A stretch of DNA of 52,000 bases from Tubulanus polymorphus (GCF_964204645.1 NW_027437481.1:1-52000), one strand, 5' to 3'. Shown: positions 1-12,074, numbered from the stretch's first letter. A program made the numbers and translations. The notes: generated by a model from the sequence alone, not told the origin.

Positions 1-2
1 GC

Positions 3-1670
3 GGGAGGAGAAAAATTAGGAGAGATAGGGCAAAGGCCTATAGAACGATTGCCGATTTAGATGCAAAATTAACTGCAGCCAAAAAGCAGAAAGACCGGTA
101 TAAAAAGCGATGGTCAAGACTACGCGTTAAATCTAACGAAGCGAAAGATCAAACTGGTACTCCACGTGGAAAATCTAGACAGCTTTTTAAAAAGATCCGA
201 AAGGGTGATAAAACATGTCAACGGAAAGTACTCTTCCAGACTTCGATAGTTCATGAAATTCGGGAAAAATATAAGAGTAGCCGAAAACAAAGTGACAGAG
301 CCATGTTTAAAAGAATAACGAGCGATGGTTTGATAAAGAAATATAAACTGAAAAAACTGTTGAAAGAATCCACCGCAATTAACCAATCCAGAAAGTGTAA
401 AAGTGTCAGGCAAAGTCGGGCCAATGGAAACATGTGGTCCCGTATTAGAAATTTCTATGAACGAGATGATGTGAGTAGGATGATGCCGGGTAAGAAAGAC
501 AACATCACCAGAAGAAAGATCCGAAAGCAGAAACGAGTTCTGTCTGAACATATTTATATACTACATAAAAAATTTCTGTATGAAAATCCTGGCCAAACTC
601 TTAGTTACTCGGCATTTTGCAAGATGCGCCCGTTTTGGGTGGTCATTCCCACTCAACGGGATAGGGAAACCTGTGCCTGCAAAAGACACTCAAATATCGA
701 TTTAATGGTCATGAGCTTGGATGCAGAAGGAGCGTTGCCCTCAAACGTGCCCACAAACCACGTTGACCAACTCGTTTGTGACAAGAATCAAAAGGAATGC
801 ATGTATGGCACTTGTCTAAAGTGCGTCGGCAAACGCTTGCCTACATTAGACCATCGTAAATTCGATCTAATGAAGAAGGTTTCATATGAACAATGGGTAA
901 CGAAGACCAATGAAAATAATAAGAAAGTCACCACCAAAGCGAACAAAGTGGAAGAGCTGTATGATTTTCATTCTAGGTATGAAACGGAGTTAAAGCCGCG
1001 ATTTTCAACCCATCTGTTCAACATATCTCACCAATATCAATCGCTCAGAAAGTTAAAACAAATTATATCCGAAGAGGAAGCTGTCATACATGTAGACTTT
1101 TCTGAGAATTACGCTTGTAAATATGGTACCGAAATACAAAGTGTACATTTTGGCGGCTCGCACAAGCAGGCCACCCTCCACACAGGGATAGTATACACTC
1201 GACTACGCACCCAGGCATTCTGTAGCGTATCCGAGTCTACGCGCCATGACCCGGCAGCCATATGGGCTCACTTAAAACCAGTATTGAAAGAATTGAAACA
1301 GACTGACCCACGAATCAAATCATTGCACTTTGTCACGGACGGACCAACAACACAATATAGAAGTAAAAATAATTTCTACCTTGCTTCAGCCATTCCCCGT
1401 ACCCATGGCTTTGAAAACGTTAGCTGGAATTTCCTGGAGGCCGGGCACGGGAAAGGAGCGGCAGATCGGGTCGGGGGTACATTAAAAAGAATAGCAGACG
1501 GTCTTATTGTACATGGAAAAGATATTCCAGATGCAAAGTCGTTGTACGAAACATTATCGTCTGGCCAGGGTGTAAAGATGTACTTCGTCAGTCAAGATGA
1601 TATCAACAAAATTGATCCAATGATACCAGAAAACTTATCAACTATTAAAGGCACGATGAAAATTCATCAG
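3..1670 (+). CDS. Sola2-like transposase, exon 1 (5'-partial)
   Basis: The frame is open from nt 3 (GRRKIRRDRAKAYR...TPR...) into ORF 303..1700. It has a Cys cluster (TCACKRH...LVCD...CMYGTCLKC) and three catalytic-Asp motifs: VDFSENY, TDGPTTQY, EAGHGKGAAD. Phase-0 donor CAG|GTAATC at 1670/1671 after GTMKIHQ. Confidence 0.85.
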
Positions 1671-1726
1671 GTAATCAATGACACATTTCTTGTGTCCTAG
1701 CTGAAATGCATTCGAAATATGGTAAT

Positions 1727-1951
1727 TAGGCTAAAAAATTGATACCTTGTTTCTCCATTCTGCTTAGCTTAAAAATTGACCCGGCCGGCCGCCTATCTAC
1801 CCTGTACATTAATTTTTTTTTAAATTATGATCAATTTTACCATAACAGACCCGGCCGCTATAGAAATGATCTGATTACTAATTTTATTATATTTTAACAA
1901 AAATGGCCCGGCCGCTGCGGAGAAACAAGGTATCATTTTTGTTTAGCCTTA
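1727..1951. mobile_element. MITE in transposase intron 1 (TAGGC...GCCTTA ends)
   Basis: TIRs TAGGCTAAAAAATTGATACCTTGTTTCTCC / GGAGAAACAAGGTATCATTTTTGTTTAGCCTTA, with internal CCGGCCG motifs. Superfamily unassigned. Confidence 0.8.
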
Positions 1952-2037
1952 ATTCCAGATACTCAATTGCATAGACCGTACGGGTGAATTATGTAAGCGC
2001 TGCGAGTGGAGTGTAAATTCCAATTGTTTCTTTTTAG

Positions 2038-2176
2038 TTAGTATTTGGTGACGAACCGGGTACACTATTTCATAGAGAAGTCAGCTGTTTCTATCAGGGC
2101 AGTAATCCGGTGAAATGCTCATGTTTCGGGCTTCGCTTCTCATCCTTGTTTCCAGTGAAAAGTACACCATCGCAAG
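2038..2176 (+). CDS. Sola2-like transposase, exon 2
   Basis: Acceptor tttctttttAG at 2037. Reads LVFGDEPGTLFHREVSCFYQGSNPVKCSCF..., continuing the HQ...SCF..C.C motif. Phase-1 donor AAG|GTAGG at 2176/2177. Confidence 0.75.
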
Positions 2177-2555
2177 GTAGGCTAGTTTTTTTAAAGCCAT
2201 ATTTGATCTAATTTATTTAAGAATGAACAATTCTTTCGAGCCAAGGGTTGAAATTAGATGCTGTGTGACGGAAAATAATGGTACATTGTACTCAACACTG
2301 ATATTTAAAGGCAATAAACGTTATCGTCGCCAATACGGTCTCAAAGACAGAAATTACCAGACTCCCAATCTTGCTTGCATTCGTTCAGCTCTCATTTTCT
2401 CTCAGTGTTCAATGCAACATCCAGTGGAGGCACAAAACACCAAACATTTATTTTTATCTATTCTGTACACAAAAAGTATTGGATTCAGTATTTTATGATA
2501 CACAAACAATAATTACACTCCATCCCTAAGCCTATAAAACGTATGTGTGCATTTG

Positions 2556-3128
2556 GTTGATACCTTGTTTCTCATCAAATCGCGAAGCCGCCCGCGTCAC
2601 CCCCGATAGCCAAAATAGAAAGAAAATAATAAAGTACGAAACCCGCATGAGATTGCTTATGGTCGTCTCTTTCTTTTTAAAATAAAACCTCACGCGCGTG
2701 ATTACGCGTTGTACAGTCGTCTTTTTCATGCATGTCGTTTTTAGCGATAATTTGTAGTAAATTGTGTCGTAGTACTGTATTTATTGAACATTTTCATTTT
2801 TCTATGATGTACTGGAGCATGTCAAAATTTTTGAGTAGAAGAGATCTTCAGTAAGTTGTGTTCTTATGTCTTGTCCACTTGACCTTCTATGGATCTTGTC
2901 TCTGAAAAGAAAAACTCCCATGGTGCTTGTCTCAGTATAAGTATTATACAAGGAATACTTTTTTGTATTTGAAAAGAAAAAACACCGCCCACGTATCCTT
3001 GGAAAATATGGAAACACGAGTTTATTTCCACTTTTTTATTTTTAAAATACAATGTACTCATAAACAAAAGATTTGTCCGCCCATGTCATGTTTAGAAATG
3101 ACGTTTGGGTGATAAACAAGGTATCAAC
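2556..3128. mobile_element. MITE in transposase intron 2, related to the intron-1 MITE
   Basis: Inverted repeats GTTGATACCTTGTTTCTCA / TGATAAACAAGGTATCAAC share the GATACCTTGTTTCTC core with 1727-1951. Outer ends are degenerate. Confidence 0.65.
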
Positions 3129-3196
3129 TTTGAAGGGCCATTTCTATCCTAGTAGAGAAAATCCTGATAGGGTTAAATTTTTCGAATATCTTTCAG

Positions 3197-3594
3197 GATC
3201 GACAGGATCAGGCTTGCAAGCTACTGAAAATTGTGCTGTTGACAATGGATCCACTGTGGATGAAAGTGGGTCTTCCATCTCTGACGAGACCGATCCGTCT
3301 TCATGTATAATTCCGGTTTTGCATGCTGACGAGAACGTTATCGGGAAGTGGTGTGTGGTCCGATACGATGGAACCCTTTATCCTGGAATAATTCAAGATG
3401 TTGACGATGACTGCGTAGAAGTAAAGTCTATGTCAAAAATTGGTCCTAACCGATATTTTTGGCCTCTTAGGGACGATGTTATTTGGTATGATTACGATGA
3501 TGTAATAAGCTTGATAAATGAACCTAGACATGTCACAAGTAGACACGTTGAGGTCGACAAAGACATATGGGTTAAGATTTGTGATAAAGCTTAA
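3197..3594 (+). CDS. Sola2-like transposase, exon 3 (C-terminal SH3/Tudor-like beta domain)
   Basis: Acceptor ctttcAG at 3196. The phase-1 junction rebuilds Gly in the frame of ORF 3073..3594. Contains GKWCVVRYDGTLYPGII...VEVKSM...NRYFWP..DDVIWY and stops at TAA 3592-3594. Confidence 0.75.
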
Positions 3595-3780
3595 TTAGTA
3601 TAGAATATTGTGTCATAGAATTGTCTGAGAATTTGCATTTAATACGGTAGATCGTGTTATTCTTTTATTGTCAGTTCCGTTAGAGAATGTTTAAAGTTTA
3701 GAATTTTTAATGTTAACAAAACCTTTAACGAATATATTTCTCGTTTTTAACACTTAATTTCGTCTGATTCTCACTTTTTT

Positions 3781-4200
3781 CATCTCCGTCACAGAGAGAT
3801 CATGGAATGTTCATCTCCGTCACGTAAATTCATCTCCGTTACGATGAACAAAAATAGATTTTCTCAAGTAATGGAAATACTTATGTAAACAGAAATTGCA
3901 TGACAAAATAGAATGAAATAAACGTATTTCAGTGACAATGGCATGATTTAATTTTTTGTTAACAGACATGTGAAAATAACTCTACAATATGCTTAAAACG
4001 GTTGCTTACTATAAATTACCATACTCCTTAACTTTGGCCCAAAAATACTCCACTTATGAAAATCGACATAATATTTGGATTACATCTGAAATATTGTGTT
4101 CTTAAATTACTCTAATGAAGTAATCTTATTATATGGATAGTTCTCGAGGAATGGATTATAGGCAATATTTATTCAATTATGGATAACCGTGACGGAGATG
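3781..4200. repeat. Subterminal 12-bp motifs (CATCTCCGTYAC) of the Sola2-like element
   Basis: Direct copies at 3781, 3812 and 3831; inverted copy GTGACGGAGATG at 4189-4200. The terminus carries a related CATTCTCCG on the minus strand. Probably transposase-binding sites (inference). Confidence 0.65.
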
Positions 4201-4391
4201 AATAGGGTCGTGACGCCATCTGTTATAGTGACGTCATAGAGGTCAGTTAAAGGTCATTCAGCACTGCTGAGCAATGTTAGTGGGAGAGTTTTATCTTAAA
4301 TTACAAAAAATAGTATTTGTTCATGAAACTCTGAAACAAAAATATAGTGAAGTACTAACTACAAGTTTTCACATTTAGCGGAGAATGACCC

Positions 4392-5417
4392 AGTTAGCGA
4401 TTCGTTCATCAACGAGATATTAAAATTCAAATCGGTTCATTCCCTTTCGCATTTCGAAGAGCTGTACCGTTTGATTCAACGAGCTGAAAATCTTCTGAAC
4501 CGCGACGAAATACGTATAAGTAGCGATTTAGATAATTCGACGACAATAGCGCAAATCGAGGCGAAGTTCGATACGAAAGATAAGGAACGTTGGGCTAGAT
4601 TCCAGTTGCAGAACTCTATTGATCCTAGCCTGGAGGAGCTTTTAAAGTTCATGAAATTCGAAATTGATGTAAAGCGGCGAGCAGGAGATCCGATAAGAGC
4701 AGAAAACTTTAAGTTGTCTACACTAAGCAAACCCGCGTCGGGGAAAATCCTGATGGCGACTGAGTTGGTAACTTCTTCTAACGCAGGTAACACGCAAGCA
4801 GTCGCTAGGAACAACAACTCCAGCATTCAAACAGTAAGGAAAGTCAGCGTATGCTGGGTTTGCACGGCGAACGATTCGCATCCGCCCGCAGACTGTCCAA
4901 AGTTTATTGCGATGGATCCGAATCAGCGATTGTCGCTAGTTAGGCAAAAGCGAGTGTGTTGGTTTTGCTTAAAGTTTCATAGGTTCAACGTGCCTTGTCG
5001 GGGGCGTAAACAATGCGATAAAACCGACACCGCAGGAGTTCGATGTAAATATTACCATCACTCTCTCTTACATTGGGCAGATTTCACGAGAGCGTCAAAT
5101 AGTTCAACCACCCCAGTAACCAATATGTTACAGGCGGTCTCAGTGAGCATGGAGGGGTTGTCACCTGTCATCAACGCGACGATCATTAATCCTCAGAACT
5201 TGAGAAGACAAGCCTCACTTTCATCGATAGCGGAGCGACTCTCTCACTTATTAAAGAGGATACTGCGAATTCTTTGCACCTACCGTCAGTGCCAATATCC
5301 GTGAGTATTGGCAAAGTCGGTGGCGAGAAAGAGTTACTTCATACTAAAAAGTACTCGTTATTGGTGCGTCCGATCAATGGTAGAACTGCGTATAAATTGG
5401 AAGCTGTCGGGATACCA
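4392..5417 (+). pseudogene. BEL/Pao LTR retrotransposon gag-protease fragment
   Basis: Three zinc knuckles typical of BEL/Pao gag (CWVC..SH...C, CWFC..H.....C, C...CKYYHHSLLH). After a frameshift near 5213 the aspartic protease motif LTFIDSGATLSLI appears (DSG at 5226-5234, frame of ORF 5274). No RT, integrase or LTR follows. Confidence 0.85.
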
Positions 5418-7084
5418 GTGTCAACAGCCTCCGTTTCAAGAATCATAACTAACGTTACAGAAGCACTGAACGAGCTAGTCCCTGTATTCGTCAGATGGCC
5501 CACTACTGATGCCGAACGTCGAGAAGTAAATCAAGGCTTTCAAGCTCTTGCGGGTTTCCCAGCAGTCATAGGATGTATAGACTGCACTCATATTCGTATA
5601 CAAAGACCCCATGAACATGAAGCTGATTACGTTAACCGTAAAGGTTATCATTCAATTAATGTGCAAGAAGTCTGTATTCATAAAGGTACAGAGCCATTTT
5701 ATTTCTACGTTCTTACCTTATCATTATATTATTCCACAGATCGAAAATACCGGTAATCCAAATGATGAAATGTTTTAACCTTATCATGACTCTGCCTGTA
5801 TGAAACTAACAATTTGTTTGAACAAAATTGTACCTAATCCGGGTACCTAATACTTTCTAAGTTGAAATCAGTGCAAAACAATATTATTGATTGATCTGTT
5901 GGCCTACTTCAATCAGCTGGTCGATTGCTCATGTTTGGGAGAATAGCTTAATTAGTTAAAAATGCGTGTTTTTTTAATAGCCTTAGGTCATATAGGCCTA
6001 TCAAACAGTATAATAAAGAGGGAACGTGGGTATAACCCCAGAGAATTTCCAAAATTACATCTTTCTAGAGATGATATCCAAGCCACTCCTGGCCAAAGAT
6101 TTTTGGATCCGCATCTGAAATAAGCATTTTCCTTGATGTAAATTGAATTATTTTTTCTGGTTCTTGTTATAGACCAATCATTTTTCAATCTAAGATCATT
6201 GTTTTTAGGTATATTTACTAATTTGTCAGCGAAATGGCCTGGGGCAACTCATGATTCACACATTTTTCGAACCTCCGGAATTGGACAGTAAGTTTTGAAG
6301 ATTTATTTAATTTCTATTCTTGACTCAAGTTATGGATTTGATTCTATAATATCTTTTAAATGTGTTTGGGGTTTTAAACTTACATTTATTTTATTTATTT
6401 TATTTAACTTATTTTTTGATTTTGTTAAAACTCAAATTTTTAGCAGAATATAAACCATATTCTATCTTTGAAATACATCAAATCATATCTATATAATGAA
6501 TTTTATTAATCAATATTCAACTTAGCTTCTTTGAAAATTTACAAAACAGCTGTGATGGGAAAGTGGCGGCGAAATAATAAGAGCCAAAATGGGAATAGAT
6601 AAGGGGCGAAACCGGAATAAACAATTCAATACGCCTAGTTAAATTATTAATAGTTAATATTTTAAACGTTGTAGGTATCTCGAAATGAATCATCACGCTA
6701 TCAACGGTGTTTTGTTGGCGAACAGTGGCTATGCCTTGCGACCATATATGATGACACCATATTTCCGTCCCGTGGGTCGCAGCCAAGCAGCGCTTTAATG
6801 GGTCACATACTGGAACGCGAGTATCCATCGAACAATCATTTGGAGTCTTGAAGAGACGATTCATGTGTCTGCATAATGAAATAAGGATGAAGCCTGAGAA
6901 AGTGTGCAAAATTGTAGCCGCCTGTGTTGTTCTACACAACATTGCAAAACTCCGTAATGAGCCTTTCGAGGATGTTAGATTGGCCGATGAAAATGGTGCA
7001 CCCGAACAACTTCACTTTGAAGCCCAAGACGATCTGGCAGGTGCTGATGTGCGAAATCGTATTACAGAACAATATTTCAATTAG
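5418..7084 (+). pseudogene. PIF/Harbinger (HARBI1-like) transposase pseudogene, 3 exons
   Basis: Exon 5418-5685: VSTASVSRI...GFPAVIGCIDCTHI...YVNRKGYHSINVQ. Exon 6209-6287: AKWPGATHDSHIF. Exon 6675-7084: LLANSGY..RPYMMTP / FN..H..TRVSIEQSFGVLKRRF...ACVVLHN. GT-AG junctions have compatible phases. The second catalytic Asp is Asn, there is a frameshift near 6785, and the N-terminus is missing. Confidence 0.9.
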
Positions 7085-7292
7085 TGATTAGTGAATACCA
7101 GGAACAGTTTAACACTCATACACTGGATAAACTTTGATACTCACAAGAGCAAGCTTTCACCTACATTCTGTAGGCATCGTCAGGCTTAATGTGACGTCAT
7201 CAGATGTTGTTGATGTGACGTCACAGCCGGATCTCGTCAGCTGGTCTGTGAAGGCTCCCGCGCGCCATCTGCTGCCTTAAGGACCCCTGTGA

Positions 7293-7424
7293 AGCTGGCT
7301 CCCGGTTCCCGGTTCCTTATTCGGCTCCCGATTGAAAATGCTTTTGAACCGGGAGCCGAATCGGGAACCGGGAACCGGGAGCCGGCTACTGGTTCAGCTC
7401 CCGATTCAAAATGTGAAGCTGGCT
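7293..7424. repeat. ~45-bp-arm hairpin and probable right terminus of the Harbinger-like element
   Basis: AGCTGGCTCCCGGTTCCCGGTTCCTTATTCGGCTCCCGATTGAAA / TTTGAACCGGGAGCCGAATCGGGAACCGGGAACCGGGAGCCGGCT (7293-7387), followed by ...TGTGAAGCTGGCT ending at 7424. Confidence 0.6.
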
Positions 7425-7561
7425 ACTTATTCGCCAGGTGGCGCTGGTATACACCATACCTTAGTCCAGACATTTTACGTAACTATGTCTACTCTGCTGA
7501 TAAACAAACTCGACCTCGACCTTGACAAGAAATCGCCAGGTGATGCCGCGCGAGCCAATCC

Positions 7562-8171
7562 AGACGTCTAAACACGATTGCGTACGCGACCGCGAGAGCG
7601 GTCAGCTGTATGTAGCTATACGTCAGTAAACTGCGTCTATTAATAACATAACTTGGTTTAAGAACGTGCGTATTGCTCGGTCGTTTTTCTCGTCACCGAA
7701 TCGACTTCTTCATATGTTATTCGCCTCTTTAATCATTTAATCAATAAACCATCGATTGTTCCCGAGCTATAGGGTATTGATTAGTCAGCACTGAAAGGGT
7801 TAACTGAAAGTTTTCTAACGAAAGTTATCGAATCCCCAAGAAAACAATATCTGCAAGCCCATGAAATTGTAAGATATAAAATAAACAGACGCTTTCTGCC
7901 CGCCGTATAAATCACAAATCACCCTTCATGCAGGGTAAATCCATTGTCAAAGATGAAAAAACAATCACTTCAATATTCTATTAAACTTAATATTTTCCTA
8001 TCTATCAAATTCCATAGAAAACATAAAAGAACATTTTTCTCATCCCTAAACCGAAAATAGCTGGAGATGAGAGCGCACACAAAATTCTAATCCAATAGTT
8101 ACCACGGTTGCATGGTAAAACAGTGAGACCACTAACATTGGCGCAGAGATAAGATGGTTGTTTAGACGTCT
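7562..8171. mobile_element. Possible TIR element, containing a piggyBac-like right end
   Basis: 13-bp inverted repeat AGACGTCTAAACA / TGTTTAGACGTCT. Internal GCACTGAAAGGG+TTAA at 7788-7803. Confidence 0.35.
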
Positions 8172-8418
8172 CAATTGCAAAATGTGAAGCTGGCTACTTA
8201 TTCGATTCGACTCTATTGCGGACAGCAGGTAAACATAATTACGTAACTATGTCTGCTGAAATGAGTGCAACCCAAAACCCATTTGTTTTGCTGCTTCACT
8301 GGCGAATTGTGTGTACTTAAATTTCAGGTTAATTGATATTTGATAAAAACTCAAAACTTAATGTTCAATACTTAAAACAAAGAATGTTAAACATCTCACA
8401 GGTATAGCGATTACGACT

Positions 8419-8768
8419 TAGGGGCAGCGCGTAAAGTACGTACGCTTGACTTCGGGGTATTTCTAACCCCCTTCCCCGTGTATGCCCTCTGTACGTTTTT
8501 TTATAACCCCCTTGCGTACAAACTTCTATGAATGATCCCCCTCCCTGTAAAAGCGAATTTTTCAAAATTCATCAGGATTGGATATTTGTAAAAATCATAT
8601 TGTGTTTCGTGCACAGCACAAAGAATGTACAATAAACATTAAACCTCCCCCTTAGAAAAGTATGTACGCTTTGATCTCACCCCTTCCTTACCCCTGTATG
8701 TTTTTGTATTGATTTCTGAAAACCCCTCCCCCTACATGCGTACACTGTATTTTATGCACAGCCCCCTA
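8419..8768. mobile_element. MITE with TAGGGG...CCCCTA ends
   Basis: TAGGGGCAGCGCGTAAA / TTTATGCACAGCCCCCTA inverted ends. Internal duplicated GTACGC...CCCC blocks. Confidence 0.7.
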
Positions 8769-9216
8769 CTCAAAAAGTTTTTAAATGTGGCATATAATGC
8801 ATTGCGCCGATTGATCATTAAAGCAACGAGTTAGCAATTTATTGGTTATGCGATTGACTGGCTAATTAGATCCAATGGGGAACCATCGGAATGGGGTACC
8901 CACAAAACCAGTAGGTTGCTCGTTTTCAAAATTAGTTCTTTGAACTGGATTTTTTTACTCCTGAATCGATATATTATCACAGCACTCACCAAATATGAAA
9001 TACTTTCATTCTTCTAAACAGTTTTCGATATTGTTTTCATAAATAATTGATTCATTTTGAAGAAAATTTCATTCAGATTTAATTGAAATGTAGAAGGAAA
9101 TAGAACGCGGACGACCAACTATCTACTAGCAAACCTGGCGGATCCTCGCCTGCCATAAGTGGAATCCTCGATTGCCACAGCAGCGCGGGTAAAATGATCA
9201 CGTGGACAAATTAACT

Positions 9217-9267
9217 CAATCGTCATCAATCATCATCAATCAATCATCATCAATCATCATCAATCAT
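9217..9267. repeat. Short tandem repeat (CAATCATCAT)n
   Basis: About five imperfect copies are visible directly. Confidence 0.8.
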
Positions 9268-9329
9268 AGTACTGATGTAGCTTGTACAGATAAAAGAGTT
9301 ATATTTACGTTCAGGCCAAATGAAATCAT

Positions 9330-9830
9330 TTGATACCAGACATGACTAAGTGGTTTCCGAAACAGATCCATATAGCTATGTGGTCAGTATTGGTCAATAT
9401 TTGTACAGTTGAAAAGTTGTTAGGCCTAGATGAACCCCCACACCATTTGACACCAAACACGACTGTGTTGCTTCTAAAATATGTGGTCAGTATTGGTCAA
9501 ACATTGGTCAGTTAAATAGTTGTTAGATCATAGCCTGCACCATATCTAGTCGCTCGACGCCCAAACACGATTTCATTGCTTACTAATACTAAACACATAA
9601 ATTACTTACGGTGGGTTCTGGTTAGCACTGGTAACTGGTCAGTACTGTCCGGCATTGGTTAGTTAAACAATTTTTAGATTAATGTCCACATCATATCTAG
9701 TTATTTGACACCAAACAACTTTATTGATTGCAGAACAAATAATTTACTATATGGCTAGGCCTACTGGTCATGCATTGGTCAGCTAATAGACAAGATCCAC
9801 GGCACGAGTTAAATGATACCAAACATGAAT
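9330..9830. repeat. Degenerate tandem repeat, units ~110-150 bp
   Basis: Recurring TTGAYACCAAACAYGA motif near 9330, 9447, 9555, 9705 and 9813, each followed by TGGTCAG-rich blocks. Confidence 0.5.
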
Positions 9831-10820
9831 GGATTGTGTCGTTTCGAAAATTTATCTGTTGGTTTATTTGTGGTCAGCCCATGGTTCGTTAGGTTCTTTT
9901 TTGCGGGCATTTTATCTCGAACACCGAAAGACTAAATTACTAATTAATTCAACAGATCATTAGGAAATGAATATCAGTGTTTAACTAATAGTCCTTGGTC
10001 TGAATAAAATGTCTCTGGTATGGCTGCTATGGTACTTGGAATCATGTCCCTAACTGTACGCCGTACTGTATCTTTGTACTGTATCTCTTTATTTTCACTA
10101 CTAGGCCTACCGTAATTGACTATGATGTTTTCAAGTGGTCTTAAGTACCGCAAATAGCCGAAAGTCGTTGATTTATGTGAAATTTACATACAGCGCCACC
10201 AGTTGGTAGTAAAACTAACCCGAGCAATACGGGTGTTAAATAGATACGCTAGCATCTTCACCCGTCAAGGGATTCGAACCCACTACGCTAAAGCTGTTCC
10301 CCGAACCCCTTGACCTCACGAGTCGTTGGAGTCGTTACTAGCCGACCAGAATCTGATCGTACCAATCACAGCGCTTGTAACAAACCGACAGTAGACTTCT
10401 GTTTGTTTTCCCGTTAAATGGACCAATCAGCGAACGTTTTACCGAACAAGGAAGTATTTCGCAAATCGATATATGACGTCATGCGCAACAGCGCCAGTAA
10501 TGAAATCACACTTCGTGAGGCCATGGGGCTGGTGGAAGCCAGTTCGGGAGTGATACTGGACCCCTGGCAAGCGAGGATGATACGCTAGCAAACCGGCATT
10601 CTCATAATGAGACCGGCAACCAGTCAAACTAAAATCAAAATATTGGCATCTGGATGGAATAAACCAGACTTAGGCCTAACTGAAAAGGTTGATAGCTCAC
10701 TCATAATATTGTTGTTTTATCGGCGTGTTCTTTACACAGTGATACAAATTTGAATTCAAATAGAATTCGACTTAAAATTAGATTTCAATCAACAAAATCG
10801 AATTTACTTGAATTGGTAAC

Positions 10821-10876
10821 TGGTAATTAGCATTGCCATAGCCTCAATTGGTAATTAGCATTGCCATAGCCTCAAT
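10821..10876. repeat. Perfect 28-bp tandem duplication
   Basis: TGGTAATTAGCATTGCCATAGCCTCAAT twice. Confidence 0.9.
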
Positions 10877-11045
10877 AAAGTCGCGGTATTACCCAAGGAT
10901 CCAAACGTCAGCCCTAATTTTTTAAGTCGAAGTTTATTTAGTTTGACCGTAAGTGTGAGTGATGTTGAATTACAGGCCCTCGTCTATGTTTAAATGAAGT
11001 AGGAAGCCTATCCCAAAAATCGAGTTCAAACGAAAATAAATAGGG

Positions 11046-11252
11046 GGTAAAACTGCAGATCCGCACCTCTCCGCGTAAACGGTTCAATCAATTAATTACA
11101 TTAAATATCATTGTTTCAGATTCAAAATGTCATCAGCAATTCAGTATATTGCCATTGGTTAATTTTAAATCTTCACTAGAAAGATTTTAGCCAGGATTCT
11201 GTCATTCAGTAGATTGCGTCAATCACGAGAGGTGCGGATCTGCACTTTTACC
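11046..11252. mobile_element. Mutator/MULE-type MITE, copy 1
   Basis: 26-bp TIRs GGTAAAASTGCAGATCCGCACCTCTC / GAGAGGTGCGGATCTGCACTTTTACC. Flanks TAAATAGG(G) / TAAATAGG(C) give an 8-9 bp TSD. Near-identical to 12407-12609. Confidence 0.8.
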
Positions 11253-12074
11253 TAAATAGGCCTACCTACTAGACAATGCCAATAGCTAGGCCTACGATAG
11301 TCGATATAATACCATAAATATTTAATAGATGAAATCTAAGTGACGGATGCCTCGTCACAGCTTGATTAAATTTTTCATAGTAAGAAATCATAGCGATTCG
11401 GGAAAACAACCTCAAGTACGGGGTAACGAAAACACTCAAAATATTGTCAGTGAAGGAACACACTTAAGTGTTGTTAATGAAACTGGAAAGAGAATCAACT
11501 CCAATATATTTCATATTGAAATTGTACTGTAGTTGGACCCAAAGCATTAAATTAATGAAGAAATTAAATCAATTCTTAGTCAAAACTTGGAAAATTGAAA
11601 ATTAATGCCAGAGTTAAGGGGTGGGAGGAAAGAAGATGAAACTGTAGGCCTAACTCTTAAGTTTTGATTCATTTATGAAATTCTGGCTCATTATAAGCCC
11701 AAATTTCAGAAATGAATCAAACCTCATAATTTTCTAATCTTATATTATAAGATCAAATGAAATTTAAATTTTTTATTTTTGCGAGAAAAAAACTTGAAAA
11801 ATTTCTTATAAATTAGGTCTCGGTAGCCTACCACTATCGATTATTCTTTCAATTTAGATAAAGTGTCATTTTTTAATGGGTTAAAATTCTTTGTGAAAAC
11901 ATAATGTAACCAATGACATTTCTATGGTCGAAACTGAGAGGGGTTTTTGCAATATTGAAGAATTTTGATCTGGTAGTTAATTTAGAAATTAGTTCCATTT
12001 GGAAATAAAAGGAAGACGAGAAGATTACAACGCATTTCTTAATTACTGTACCTGCAAAGAGAAAAAAATCGAAT

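Larger units (their letters stand above)
1..4391 (+). mobile_element. Sola2-type DNA transposon (left end outside window)
   Basis: Spliced DDD transposase. The right terminus ...TTAGCGGAGAATGACCC ends at 4391 (reverse complement 5'-GGGTCATTCTCCG), fitting the GRG...CYC termini described for Sola2. Sequence switches abruptly to BEL/Pao gag at 4392. The superfamily call rests on recalled motifs, not an HMM search. Confidence 0.75.

Noticed and set aside
120-551. Antisense ORFs over the transposase and gag (120..551, 4476..4826) and other 60-90 aa ORFs across the window
   Set aside because: These are shadows of real coding strands or random frames with no recognisable motifs.
5205-5225. Programmed -1 frameshift between gag and protease
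   Set aside because: There is no X XXY YYZ slippery heptamer, and BEL/Pao elements normally encode one gag-pol ORF, so a 1-nt deletion is more likely.
10262-10350. tRNA gene candidates from GGTTCRAATCC-like boxes (minus strand ~10270 and ~27875; plus strand ~46908 and ~48447)
   Set aside because: No cloverleaf or acceptor stem could be folded. At most these are SINE-head remnants.
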